A stretch of 63,436 bases of DNA, filler included, from Rhabdomonas costata (GCA_019059605.1; 34 parts of 34 records of this genome joined end to end with filler, not necessarily neighbours in it); one strand, 5' to 3'. Shown: positions 10,482-23,327, numbered from the whole stretch's first letter. Notes: generated by a model from the sequence alone, not told the origin. Numbers and translations are program-made.

Positions 10482-11918
10482 CCCCGGTGAAGGCTCGCGG
10501 CTCTCGGGCTGGACATTCTGCGGCATCTCCCCCTTCCCCCGTCCTTTCATACTCACCACATAAACCCACCTATCATTTGTCGTTGTGTGTGGGAATGGGA
10601 AAGGTAATTGGGGTAATTTGGCAAGGTAGCGACATATATTCATTGATTCGCACACATGTTTCTCTTTGATTATCACTTTCTCTCGTTTGTTTGTCAGTTG
10701 GGTGGGGATTGCAGGGCAGTGAGACTTTAGCATATGGACAGAAGTTGCCCTTTGCACTCACCTGTTAGCGGCTTCGGGTCGTGGATTGGAGAAGCCTGAC
10801 GCTCGTGCACCCACCCCATACATTCACACACACACTGGATCATGGTGGAGCCTTTTTGCTTGATTCGCACGGAGTCTGTCTGTGCAGGCAATCTCTGAAA
10901 TCTGTTCCGGCACCGAAAATACGAATATGCGCGCCACGCCTACACACATTCCTACAGAGCAGAAGGATTCAGAAGGAGCTCCCTGCGAGCCCACGTGCGG
11001 GCGAATCTTCCTCGCCGACAAAGAGCGAGGACTCCCAACTGGACATACGGGTGTGCTTGCTGCCACCCCCCCCTGTCATTCCTCTTCTCCCAACCGTCCT
11101 TAGGAATGGGTTTAAANNNNNNNNNNNNNNNNNNNNNNNNNNNNNNNNNNNNNNNNNNNNTTAATTAATTAANNNNNNNNNNNNNNNNNNNNNNNNNNNN
11201 NNNNNNNNNNNNNNNNGAACCCCCGAAGGAGCTGGGCACCCTCAGCTCTCCTGCCGTCAGGGGACGCAGCACACAGCTTCATGTCCGCCGAGCTACAGAC
11301 CCGGTCATACCTTTCATTGGGAGGAATAGCCGTGATGCAATCTGCATATTTCATATTTCAGCATCAGTCATGATATTCACTCGGATTGATCGTTTTTTGC
11401 ACTCTGGGAAAAGTGTGATACTTCCACGTTTTATCCCCCGCTGCTCCTTTGATCGATCAATGGAAATTGGGCGTCGGTTTAGAGTGGTCCCCACTACCTT
11501 ATCCTGGAACACTGGGGTAAGTAGAATTTACTGATTTCCAATTTCACTCCGTTTGGCTTTTTCATCCCCAAAATTCACATCTTTTCGCGTTCCTCCTGTG
11601 CCTGTGCCGAAGTACCGTTATTTTAGAATCTGATTCTGACATGGACCAAAGTTTTGCAATATAACCTTGCCTCGGAATCAACTATGATCTTTTTCGCACT
11701 TTGAGTCCCATCAACAAATGTAAGGGACGCATGTCATCTTCCATCTCTCTGGCATCATCTTCTTGCAGCATATTCCTGGACACACTCGGTGGCAAGCACC
11801 ATAACACATTTTTCAATATCAGGCAGCTTTCGAACATATAGCTGTTGTCCAGTCACAGGGGGCCTGATCTTGGGGAGCTTTCCCGTGTGATGAGCAATGC
11901 GTGTTCCGGTTTTCTCAG

Positions 11919-12170
11919 GCCCCTAAGGACGCCGAGCTGGACTTGTGCGTCCTGCTGGGGCTTCGGGTGGACACCTGCGTGACGGTCACAGACACCACGC
12001 CGGACGGCCAGGCTCGAGGTTGCGGACTGCGGAGGCACGATCTTCTGGTGCAGGTCGGCGGCAAGCCCGTGGCCTCACTGGCAGATATCCGGGCAGTGTT
12101 TGCCCGGGCCAACCCTGGGGACCGCGTCCACTTCAAGGCGCTGCGGTGCACGCACCCCGTGGCGGTGTGA
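11919..12170 (+). CDS. PDZ-domain protein, terminal exon
   Basis: The cag| acceptor is followed by LGLRV...VTVTDTTPDGQARGCGLRRHDLLVQVGGKPVASLADIRAVF...PGDRVHFKALR...*, which fits the PDZ pattern. Confidence 0.75.
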   Translation, partial: APKDAELDLCVLLGLRVDTCVTVTDTTPDGQARGCGLRRHDLLVQVGGKPVASLADIRAVFARANPGDRVHFKALRCTHPVAV

Positions 12171-13374
12171 TTTTGTTTGCACGTCCACCACCCCCTTCCT
12201 CCAGGCTTCTGGCGCGAACGGATCCTTAAGGCCAAAGTGGAGGGACGTTCTCAGACACCGGCTCTTACGCGGTGGTTTCCGCGTTGTATTACATGGAACA
12301 AGTGGGAACAGGCACCTTTGTTGTCGGTTGGAGTGAAACGGATAGATGGCGGATAGGACAGCAAGACAGGCAGGTTTTTACGCTTTTCTGCCTCCCCAAT
12401 ACTCTAGTGACCGTTAAACATCACGTTTTGATTCTCGGACCTGTTTATAACTCCTTCGACCTATTGAAAAATCGTTAATAATGACTCTAACTGCTTCTTT
12501 TTAGATACTTTGCCACCTTTCCATGGTGGCTGGACTGAGTACCCAGACAATTGTATATTGTTTAAGCTAAGACTCGACCCCCCCCCTCCCGTGGTACGTT
12601 TACGTACGTGAACCAAAAACCCTCCCGGAAATGGAGCCGGGGGCACTTCCCCGCCAACGCACCCACCCCCCGCTTCGACCGCGCTGGGGAATGATCTCCA
12701 CGGCTGGTCTCCACACCCATAATAATTCAGTCCCTTTTTTCTCAATCCCTTTTGTACTGCAGTGTATGGCAGTCTCCTGGGAACCGTTCCCCTTCAGAGC
12801 AGGCAAGGTCACGGAAGTCCGCTGCGCTCCGTTTGTGGTTCACGTTCTCAGCCTCGCGCCGGCCGTTGAGCACAACTGAAGGGAAGCAAGGCTGTCATCA
12901 CAAATCCATGCACTATGCTTAAGGGTGATGGGTGTGATGCTTCATGTTTCCTCTGACTCTCTCAGGTGGCCGGCTCCACCACCCCNNNNNNNNNNNNNNN
13001 NNNNNNNNNNNNNNNNNNNNNNNNNNNNNTTAATTAATTAANNNNNNNNNNNNNNNNNNNNNNNNNNNNNNNNNNNNNNNNNNNNGCTTAGCTAAGGACT
13101 CGCAACGGCAGGATGTGGCCAGAACGAGTAGGATAGCATTAGTATAGGGGCGAAGGCCAGTCCGGGGCCGGAGCCGGTGGCTGGGGCGGGAAGGAGCCTT
13201 CAACGATAAGTTTTTAAAATACGCTAACGGCTACCGCTAGTGACGGTAACCCCAACCCCAACCTCCAGAGCACCGCGTCTCCGAAAACTGAGGCCGCTGC
13301 GGCGCTGAGAAAAAGTCGCGAAAAAGAAAAGTTGTAGTGAAGTGAGAGTAGGAAACAGTGGTACTGAGCTTGAC

Positions 13375-14141
13375 CTGGTCACGGGTTCGGGTGGTCACCG
13401 TGAGGTCACTGACGCAGCACAACGAGGACAAGGCTTCTCCGCGAAACCCGAACGTTTCCAGCCCAGCCAGGTCGGCGAACTGGCTCAGCTTTGAAGTGTG
13501 GTGTTTCAGGGTGAGCCCCTCGTAGTCCGAAGGGGAGATCCCACACCCGTCGTCACAGACCTTTGAAAATTGTAAAGATCGGAAGAAAGCATACGTAGAT
13601 GCAGAGCTGCACCGGTAATCGGCAACCAGCTCTTCTATCCATCCTATCTTTCGGTGCTCATGCTCTCCTTCAATCTCCTTTGCTGAACCCCAAAACCTAC
13701 ATGATGCTTCAGAAAAAGTTCAGCAAAGACGCTTGAAAGCATTGCACTCGAGGGGAGAGAGGCAGTAGCCGTTACTGCGGTTTAAAAGGTTTCCAGTTAG
13801 CACTTCTGCGACATGGGAGGGTGCGCGAGGCAAATCAGCCGGATCGCTGCGGTAAAAAGAATAGTGGTCGAAAACAATGAGCCTGAAACAAAGGAGGTGA
13901 ACTACATTAGCCTAGTTCCACCCCGAAATCAAGAGCTTAGTCCGTAACGTTTCGAACTGAAGCCTTTGGTAGCATGGCCTCTTCATGAATGCGCAAGGGT
14001 GTAACATCTCGATTTATGGTGCTAAATAATGGTGGAAAATGGGCAACGGAGATCACGACTCACAAATGGGTTATACGGAGGGGAACAGGAAGATGCTTCG
14101 ACATTGATGGGAGCAGGGGGCCGGCATTTTCCTCGCGTACG

Positions 14142-14177
<36 letters not shown>

Positions 14178-14450
14178 TGGCGCACCCGGCCATGGAGAAT
14201 TTTTCTGGGGAGGACTCGAGGTCCACTTCCCCTGAGCTCCCAATCTTCTACGGGACATGGGCCCATTGGGCCGCACACCTTTGGGGGTCAATGGTGCCCT
14301 CCTCTCCCCCCATCTCACACTGGGTCTCTCGCGGAGCACCTCAAGTGAGTCCAAGCCATAGTTCCTCAGGCGGAGCTCCACAGTGGTGGCGCCAGCGTCC
14401 AGGCTGTTCTCGATCAACTCCTTGCACGCCGTGGCCAGGTCCAAAATGAC
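13375..14450 (-). CDS. PMS2: MutL-family mismatch repair protein PMS2 (yeast Pms1 type), N-terminal GHKL ATPase exons
   Basis: Exon 14450-14340 ([22 protein letters not shown]...YGLDSLE) and exon 13560-13375 (VCDDGCGI...[14 protein letters not shown]...[13 protein letters not shown]), GT-AG intron. Confidence 0.92.
14145..14268 (-). repeat. Dispersed repeat with (TG)n tail, copy 1 (in PMS2 intron)
   Basis: A 33-nt identical core (tttttctggggaggactcgaggtccacttcccc), similar flanks and a (CA)n run are shared with 57046-57192. Confidence 0.85.
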
Positions 14451-15278
14451 CTGAAATCGGGGCACCATAGGCCATCACGAGGACATGGCACAACGTGTCG
14501 TGTCACCGTGTGAGATCACCGCTCCAATCCGAGCAGGCGGTGGACACAAGGAAAACCACATGGCGGTGTAAGCCTACCAGAGGACGAGTCGGTTGAGGGC
14601 ATTTCTAGTGGAGTATGGAGGGATACTGCAACCATGAAGCAGGTAGTAGGCACGGGGGAGGGGAATACCCAAGCCCTGTGTAGGGATAAGGGATAAGTGG
14701 AGAGCCAATGTCGGCATTGCCCATCAACAAGACAAGCAAAGGTTGCGGGGAAAACCCGAAGCGGCACAACATTGAAGAGGCTTTGCTTCATACGCTGCAA
14801 AGTTATTCCGCTTCGATCGATACACGGGGACAAGTGTGCACACGTCCCCCCCCACCNNNNNNNNNNNNNNNNNNNNNNNNNNNNNNNNNNNNNNNNNNNN
14901 TTAATTAATTAANNNNNNNNNNNNNNNNNNNNNNNNNNNNNNNNNNNNNNNNNNNNTTTTGTGTGGCGAACTGGCGAGCGACAAATGCATGAAAACTGTA
15001 CCTGGAGCTGTGTTGCCTTTAAATTGTGGTTTTTCGCGAAAAGTTACTACCCGCTACGCTCATTCTAACTGCACCTACAGTATCTTTTTGTTTTGTTCTA
15101 ACAAAAAACCCGTTCCTGAAAATTTGCCAATACCGACAGGAAAAACTCTGATCTTTAAGAGAGTGCTCGAGCAACGACTAGTCCACAAAAAGTTCTGCTG
15201 CGCCAAAAACAACCAGAACCACAACCAGAACCAGAGAGGATTCACTTGAGAAAAATGAAAATAATTCAGCTTGCAAAC

Positions 15279-15960
15279 CTGGGCCGTATTGCGGTAATGC
15301 GCCATCTTGTTGTGCTCGTTGCTGAACTGGTCGGGCATGAAGTACTTGTCGGGCTCCGCCGCGATCATCTCCCGTGCCTTCATGATCGCCCCGTCCGTGC
15401 CCATGTTTGCCGGGGTCAGCGTGACCTTCGCGCCGTAAGCCTGGCAAGGATTGAGTTTCGTTTGATTTACAAGCGTTTTCTAGCGTTCAGAATTCGTGTG
15501 GAGAATGGTATTCTCTAAAATCTACACGACCGCAGAAGTCAAAAAACGGATGCTGAAACTGAGCTTGCAGTGAGTGATGCAAAAGCCCCCATCACATATT
15601 AACACAATCTCCCACCCAGCAGAGAAAAAGGCCCAATACCTCGAGGAGCTTCACTCGCTCCACAGACACGGCCCGGCTCATGACGATCTCGACTGGGTAA
15701 CCCTTCACAATACCGGTGATGGCCAGCCCGATCCCGGTATTCCCAGAGGTGGGCTCCAGGATCGTTTTTCCAGGGGTCAGCTTACCCTCCGCCTCCGCCT
15801 GTGTGATCATGTTGAGAGCTATCCTGTCCTTGATGCTCCCGGTGGGGTTCCAGCCCTCCAGCTTGGCATAGATCGTCACGTTAGGGTTGGGGTTCAACTT
15901 GTTGATCCGCACCAAGGGAGTGTTCCCAATGGTCTCCAAAATGTTCTGATACACCTTCAT
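15279..15960 (-). CDS. PLP-dependent cysteine synthase (CysK/CysM family, CysM-like), 5' two exons
   Basis: Exon 15960-15640 (MKVYQNILETIGNTPLV...AKLEGWNPTGSIKDRIA...EPTSGNTGIGLA) and exon 15440-15279 (AYGAKVTLT...PDQFSNEHNKMAHY), GT-AG intron. Confidence 0.95.
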
Positions 15961-16620
15961 TTGGGGTTTGACGGGGGCGATCCACTTTTTTCAAATGCCG
16001 ATGCGAGAAGAGGCAAGTCCGCACACACCACAATGAGTGCAGCCGCAAATGCCAATAAAAATAAAAAGAAGGAAGGACGAACCGCTAAGTAATACACACG
16101 TGTCAGCGCATATCTCAACTATTCCTCACTGTGCTGTTCGCAGACAACCCAAGTTGAAGAGTAAATTGCCTTTTGAACCTCAAGAGAAACTTCTTCTGTC
16201 GATCTCGACGGAAGGGCGAAAGGTGGAGTGCAGTGGGCTTTGGGCTTCGGGATTTCCCTTGAACTCGCTGAAGTGACACACTGCTCGGGTCCTCCAGTGC
16301 TGAAGGCTTCTTTCGACAGCCACTGCACTTGCCCATACATGCCTCAAAATCTTTTCGGTTCTGTTTTTGTGGCTTACTCCTGCTGTGCTGTGCTGTGCTC
16401 GCAGGAAACGCAGGAAAAATATACACCGGCCGACCGAAAAAAATGCGATGCAAAAAAATGTAAAAGGAAAGATTGCATTCCAATCTAATATTTCGGGTCC
16501 ATTTTGTCTGCATTAGCTTTCCATTTTGCAAGGTGGAGCACATGAAAAGCGGAAGCTTCAGAGGCATCATCCTAACCTCAGCACAGCCCTTTGACCTGTG
16601 TCTACATTAGGGGCAGTGCC

Positions 16621-16718
16621 GGTACAGAAGGTACAGAAACAGAGGTCCTTAAAACCAGAAAAAGAAACGCAGTTCTTTTTCTGGTTTTAAGGACCTCTGT
16701 TTCTGTACCTTCTGTACC
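16621..16718. repeat. Perfect 46-bp inverted repeat (6-nt loop) at contig end
   Basis: 16621-16666 is the reverse complement of 16673-16718. Confidence 0.9.
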
Positions 16719-17951
16719 CACAACCNNNNNNNNNNNNNNNNNNNNNNNNNNNNNNNNNNNNNNNNNNNNTTAATTAATTAANNNNNNNNNNNNNNNNNNN
16801 NNNNNNNNNNNNNNNNNNNNNNNNNGTGGGTGGTTTCACTGATGGCGATGTCTTTTGAAGGTCCCATGGGACTTACTAAGAAAACGGAATTGTGTTAAGA
16901 TGAGAGGGAACACGTGGATGTGCGCTCTCAAGGCATGAGGAGCTCCATACCGTCAAGCACACACAGGCAAGGCGGGAGGCACTCACCGTAACTCCTCCAG
17001 CTTCTTTCGTCGCTTCAGAGTGGAAGTGGCCTTTGAGGTCAGCGCCCTCTGCTGAGAGAGCGCCTCAATCTTGCGAAAGTCCGCGGGGGTCAAGATCTGA
17101 CGCACCAAGGTGGAGGGTGAAGGGCGCAACGCATTTTTTGGGGGGGGGGCGTTCAACGCTTTTCCAACCTAAACGATCATGTACAAGACTAGGACTTAAG
17201 TATCATCTTCTCGTATTTTTTTGGGGTTCACGAGCACTATTTGGAGGCCCAACACTCTTTCTGATGCACTTGAGCAGATGAGAAAAAAAAGAGGTGCGGT
17301 AAACAATAGGAGATGGGAGAAATAAAGAAGAAGAAAAAGAAGACTTCCCACCCGAGCGGCGTCCACACGCGGGGGAGGCCCCGCCGGTTTTCGCCCACGG
17401 GAAGGAGGGTTGGCAGAGGCGGTGCGCTGACCCCCAGGGGGTGTCACAGCCGAGGCTGGGTCCTTGCCTCCATCACTCAGACCCGGGCTGTCGCCATAGC
17501 TCTCGCTGTCGCTGCTGCTGTCGCTGTCAACGGCGCCGTCAGCTTTGGTGGTGGTCTGCGAACCAAAGGCATAACATCATCTCATAAACTTGGCTGCCAA
17601 GAGAACTGCAGGTCCAATCCAACTGCAACGGAGGCCGCGGGCCAAAGCCGAAGAGCTGGAGGGGAACCAAGCGAGCCCGTCAAAAGAAAATCTGGACAGA
17701 CAGCATCTAAGATAAAAACTTAAAAAAACCATGACTGTGACCATTTTCGCTCATGTAATTCCTCCTTGACTACTTGGGCCCTGAACATGGTCTGTGGAAT
17801 TTGTTAGGATGACGAAAAAATGGTGAGCAGATGACAAACTACTGAAAGGCAGAAAAAAAAAGCAACAACGCCGCAACAGACAGCAACGAGAGCAGCGCAC
17901 CAGAGCAAAGCGAATAAAATGGGACGCACACCACAACGTCATCCAGGTTTA

Positions 17952-18393
17952 CCAGCTCCGGAAAGTTCTTGTCATCATCATCGTGATCGTTCCCCCCATC
18001 AGGGCCCATGGCTGGCTTTCGGGACTTCCTCGGCTTCGGCTTTGCATCCTCCCCCTCAGGGAGCTCACCCTCATCATCTTCCGACTGCTCTATTCCTTTT
18101 GCCGAAGCAACAGAAGGGGTGGATGGCACCAGCCTTGGTGCCCCCGCGCTGTCCGTCTCTGCATTTCTCATGTATAGGCTTCCACCCACCGGTCTGGAAG
18201 AACCGCGCGGGTGTGACAGATCACCCAGCCCAGCGATAGAAGAAGCGCCCTTGGGGGGCTTGTATTTTGTCATGCCTGACTTCCCTTTCTTCTTTGCAGG
18301 AAGCTGGCCCGAGGAATCCGCAGCCTCTTCTCGCTGTTGATGAAGCAAGGCGGTAAGCACTTCAACCCGAGCCTTCAGCTCCACCACCTGATC
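17952..18393 (-). CDS. Hypothetical protein exon (coiled coil followed by low-complexity charged region)
   Basis: Long open exon QVVELKARVEVLTALLHQQRE...KKKGK...DDDDKNFPEL|gtaaac. No family recognised. Confidence 0.45.
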
Positions 18394-19594
18394 CTTGGAA
18401 AGTGAAAAAAATACTATTCCAACGAATATCAGCGAAAACACCTCAGCGAGAACATTTGGGAAGGGAAGGAGGAAACGCTAAAACCCAACACGAGGATTGT
18501 CATAAACACATTCAGAGAGAAGTAAACGTTGCCCACATGGCAGCACGTGGTTGACCATACACCCAGGTACACATTCCAGCTCTACCCCACACCCNNNNNN
18601 NNNNNNNNNNNNNNNNNNNNNNNNNNNNNNNNNNNNNNTTAATTAATTAANNNNNNNNNNNNNNNNNNNNNNNNNNNNNNNNNNNNNNNNNNNNGTTGGT
18701 GGGTTATCGTTGGGCAGAAGAGAAGTTATCCAAAACTGGATTGGCATGAGCGTGCCGCAGTGATGCAGGTCTATATTTGAGGGGAGCCCATTAGCCGAGA
18801 GAAATACAGCACTGCTCCGGCTGACGCTGCACTGGGAACCTCCCGCACCAGAAGTAAGCCTCTACATTTTTTATCCCACACCGGCAAGGCGAAAATCCGA
18901 CAAGAAACAAAATTATAGAAATAGAGAAATAAAATCCAGAGCGTATTGAGACGGTTTTCATACGGTTTAACGTTTTCTTTTTTCTTTGTTTTTTAGCTGT
19001 ACACAGCTGTCAGCCTTTTTTTTCACGCGAAGTAAGTCGAAATTACAAGACTAAATGCTTTGATCTTACCCCGACGTGAGTATGGGTGGGCAAACATGGG
19101 GAGGGGGGGGGTCCGGACCGAAGACTCGAAGATAGGCGCTAGCTCTCGCGAAAAAAAGCTTGACCTGGCTAGCGTTCCACTTGCCATCGCAACGCCCCAA
19201 AATACGTGTTTTTCGCCCCGATTTGGGCCCTTTTGCAGCTATCCCGACCGTACTATTGGCACCCCGTTTGTGGGGGCATGCCCTGTGCAACTGGTCAAAA
19301 AACAATTCTGATTGTTCGCCAACAAAAGACGGTCGAAATCGGTCACACACTGCCACATACCTCCCAGTTTCCCAACACCCACCTTTCAAATTAAAAAAAG
19401 TTAGAGACAAGGGACGCACTTGAAAAAGACGGCATGAAACGGTTACACCCTCTGGGAATCCACTGGGGGTCCGTTGTATTTTGGAGATAGTGGTAGGTGT
19501 CACGGTAATCGCAACTAACTACAATGGTCGGGGGAAGCGCCGCCGCAGAAATATCAGCAAATTTTAAAATGACACATCCTACGGGAAACAGTAC

Positions 19595-20268
19595 CCACGT
19601 ATTCAGGAGTTCCGACAATGCTGCTGCAACGGCAGAGGTGACAGTGCAGGTCCTTCTCAACATCCTTGCAAATCCCCATGTCTGCAAGCCGAAGGTGCCC
19701 TGAGAGCAGCATCCACATCGAGTGCAAAAAAAACCAAAAACAGGAGCAGTAAGTTTTTGTCAAGTACAAGGAGTTCCATGAGCGCAAAATAGATCAAGCT
19801 GTCTGAGGTACCTTGCAGCGGTTATATCAAGCAAGGAAATGGTCGGAGCCCGCATGTTTGCGTTGCGTGTGCTGTTGAGGTTGTGCTGCCTTTTTGGTCC
19901 TTTGGTGACTCTTCCCACCCACAACCCCAACAGTGTGTGTGTGTGTGTGTGGTGTGTCTGTGTGTGTGTGCGTGCGTGCGTGCGTTTGAAAGGAGTTTGG
20001 GGCGGAAGGGGGGCATTGCAAAAAGTGTTACAATGAAATTTCTGGAATTGCTCATAATTTTCAAAGCTGCACACCTTCCTCATCCATCAGAATGTTTTCT
20101 GCCTTCAGGTCGCGATAGCATATTCCACTGCTGTGCAGATACTCCAGAGCTAAAAGTATCTCCGAGGCCCAAAAGCGCGTTAGAGGTCCGTCCAGGCGAC
20201 TTTCGGGGGCCTTTTTCAGGTAGTGCGCCAGGTCTCCGCTGGGAAGATATTCCAGAACGAAGAACAAC
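19595..20268 (-). CDS. AGC-group Ser/Thr protein kinase, internal exons
   Basis: Exon 20268-20075 (LFFVLEYLPSGDL...EILLALEYLH...ICYRDLKAENILMDEE) and exon 19699-19595 (GHLRLADMGICK...IVGTPEYV), GT-AG intron. Confidence 0.92.
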
Positions 20269-20579
20269 CTGAGCAACGCACCATGGCTTTCGTAATTCTC
20301 CTTCGGTCGGTCGCTCGGTGCTCTTTTTGACACACACGAGAAATAGACACACACAGACAATGCTTTTTCACAAAAATTTCTTTTCACAACCTGCAAGGTG
20401 ACTTTCAACAAAAAAGTCAGGTGTTCAGCATCAGAGAGCAAAAATATGCAGACAAAAACACNNNNNNNNNNNNNNNNNNNNNNNNNNNNNNNNNNNNNNN
20501 NNNNNTTAATTAATTAANNNNNNNNNNNNNNNNNNNNNNNNNNNNNNNNNNNNNNNNNNNNGTGTGGGGTCAGGGGGGG

Positions 20580-22017
20580 CTTCAGCCCGCAAGAGGCCCC
20601 TGTGCGCGACCTCCGCGGCCTGCGGGCTAAAGAAGAAGTCCTGTAGGGCGAAGATGGAATCGGGCACAATCACGGCGCGGAGGGAAGAGGTGGTGCACCG
20701 CAGGGCGGTGGGGCCTGCGCCGCACCGGTAGTGCAGCTGAAAGACACCCTGTAGTGGTAGAGGAAGATGAAATCAGTGCAATCTCAAACCCAGGCGGATG
20801 CGTGGGGGATGCGAATTGCTCCCTAATCGCTTCGTCAAATGAATAGCAAATCTTGCCCATGAATTCCACTGGCCGATCGCTGTGGGCGGCAATTCAGGAA
20901 CATGGCGTGCTAATTCGAAGGCAAAGGTCATCATATGAGTGACCTGGGCGCCTTTCTTACCTGAGACCTCAATCAAATTAGCTCTCATCAGCACCGCAGC
21001 TACCGCGCGGGATCCTGTACCGCCACAGCCTTCCAAGTTTATAACTTACATCTCACTCGGACACATCCGCTACCATCCGGTTCCCCTTCTGGATTTCCCT
21101 ACCTTTGTAGAAAGTTGCTAACGGAGAATGGAGATGGTTGTTGGCCTCACCCCTCTCACCTTTGACAGGCTTTGACGCAACCATGGCAATCACATAAGAT
21201 TTTGGATGAATTGACATCTTTCGCGGAGTTGGCCAGGGGGATACTTCATCTCATGCTCCGTTTTCAACCGCCTCGCAGCCGGTGGCGTGCCTGGCGCTTT
21301 TGCGCCTTGTGCACCCAAGCGCACGAAACCACCTTAAACAGCTTCTGGCTGGGGGCCGCACATACCTTTGCACACTAAAAAGAGCACACGGTGGCGGTGG
21401 TGGGGTGCACACCTCAGGAGAGCCCTCCTGAGACTGCAAAACCACGGGGTGGGCCTCGGCGCAGACGCGGCAGTCCCGGACTCGCAGTGAGCTCACCCCT
21501 AGTTGGAAGTCCATCCCGCTGGCCCAGGGGTTTGGGCCGTGGGTCTGGTCCACGGAAATGTGAAGATCCCCTGGCCACACCCAAAAAAATACACGTATTC
21601 TTCATGAGTCATATCATCTTTTTGGACTTGGGACAGCGAAAAAAATAGAAGAAAAGCTTGAATGAAATAGAACACCAATTCCCAGGTGCTTTGTTGCTTT
21701 TTATGCTCCCTGACCAGTGGTGCGTGTGTGCGCATGCCCATGAAGAGCTTGGCAAGCTCTGGGCACCCAGGGCACTCCAGGGTCAGCTCTAGGCTCTGAA
21801 ACCTCACCACACTGCGGCGGAAGAGCTGCCCCGGGGTAACCCTACCGGCCCCAGCGGAGGCTGGCGAGAGCACCCCAGTATCGGTGACAGCGGCCGCCGG
21901 GCAAGGGGTTGCCACAGGGAGAAGGGGCTCGGCCTGGTAGACGTTGTCACTGAGGAACGCGAGGAGCAGGAGGTAGGTCTGGTCGTCAAGGCGGGCAGCC
22001 AAAGGTCCGAAGGCGCC
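20580..22017 (-). CDS. VPS13-like bridge lipid-transfer protein, internal fragment
   Basis: Exons 22017-21738, 21570-21413 and 20736-~20580 give LDDQTYLLLLAFLSDNV...LELTL...LAKLFM|GDLHI...VSSLRVRDCR...|...LRAVIVPDSIFALQDFF, resembling a VPS13 repeating beta-groove unit. Confidence 0.6.
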
Positions 22018-22430
22018 CTGCAAGATCCCCAAACGACAAGGATGGAGTCACTCCCAAGGATTGGCAGCTAGAAGAGAAGAAGAAAACTGCAAAGGGCTGT
22101 TGGAGAGGTGTGAAGACTGCTAATGCCTCGGACGTAGGTAGGGGTGTTACAGCGAAGTAGAGGAGACAAGGAGAAGAGACGAAAGACATTGTCTTCGCTG
22201 AGGAAAAATCGACGTGCGAATACAAAAGGCAAAAGAGAGGCAGCCCCAGTGACGTCAGATTTATTTATATCTGACGAAAATGAAAGAAAATGAAAGATGA
22301 GGACCCCAAACCACCAACCACACCCAACACNNNNNNNNNNNNNNNNNNNNNNNNNNNNNNNNNNNNNNNNNNNNTTAATTAATTAANNNNNNNNNNNNNN
22401 NNNNNNNNNNNNNNNNNNNNNNNNNNNNNN

Positions 22431-23293
22431 CTTCGCCGTGGCTGCCGCCGTGCAGGCCGGGGTGGGGGTGCTGCTGGTTCTTGCGCCCTTAGCCGTGCGC
22501 CGGCTCACCACCCGCGCAATCACTGTGCGCCACGTCCCCCTCCCTCCTTCGCTGCCGTGTCGCCAGTGCGGGGGTGAGGGTACGGGATTGAAATGGGGTG
22601 GATTTGGGAGCGATGCAAAGCAGAGTGAGTGGCATTATGAAGCTGAGCTGAGGGCTGAGCAAATGAAGGGCAAGCACTGGGGATGGGCAAGGATAGGGAA
22701 CAACTTGGGAGGATGGAGATGCAGAAGCTATGGACTGAACGCGCGGAACGAGCAGATTAGGTGGATCAGTTGTCCTTCTTTCAGATACGACGTTCGTTAA
22801 TACATAAATAATAAATATTACGCCGTTGAGTGAGCGGTTGGTGGGTCCTCAGCCGGGAGCAACTCTGTGGTGTTTTGCGCCTGGCGAAACTGCCGTGTTT
22901 TAGGGTGTTTGGCGTTTACAGGTGCTTATGATGCTCTTCTCCGTGGGTCTGGCAGCGCTGTGGGCGCTGGTGTGCTGGTCATTGTTCCTGGACTTTGCCG
23001 TTCGCTCGGACTGCTACCAGGTTCCCTTTCATCGAACACAGCGCTGCTACAAATACATCGTGACATCCTAACCACAAATTTAAGCGGGTTGCTGATGAAT
23101 GGGCTTCCGAATGGTTTGGGTGAAGATTCGTTTCACTCGAACGGCTTCCCACTCCACGGTTCAGCAAGAAATAACCAGTGTCATCACATCATCTTGGTAA
23201 GGAGGGCTTGGTGTGCATTGAACTGTGAGCAGTAACAAATTTCCATTGCAAAGCAGTATTAAACAAATAAGCAAATCATGACTGATAACTTTG

Positions 23294-23327
<34 letters not shown>

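Noticed and set aside
16621-16718. Hairpin as a terminator or structured ncRNA
   Set aside because: The arms are perfect and run into the contig end and primer remnant, typical of amplification fold-back. A palindromic MITE is not fully excluded.
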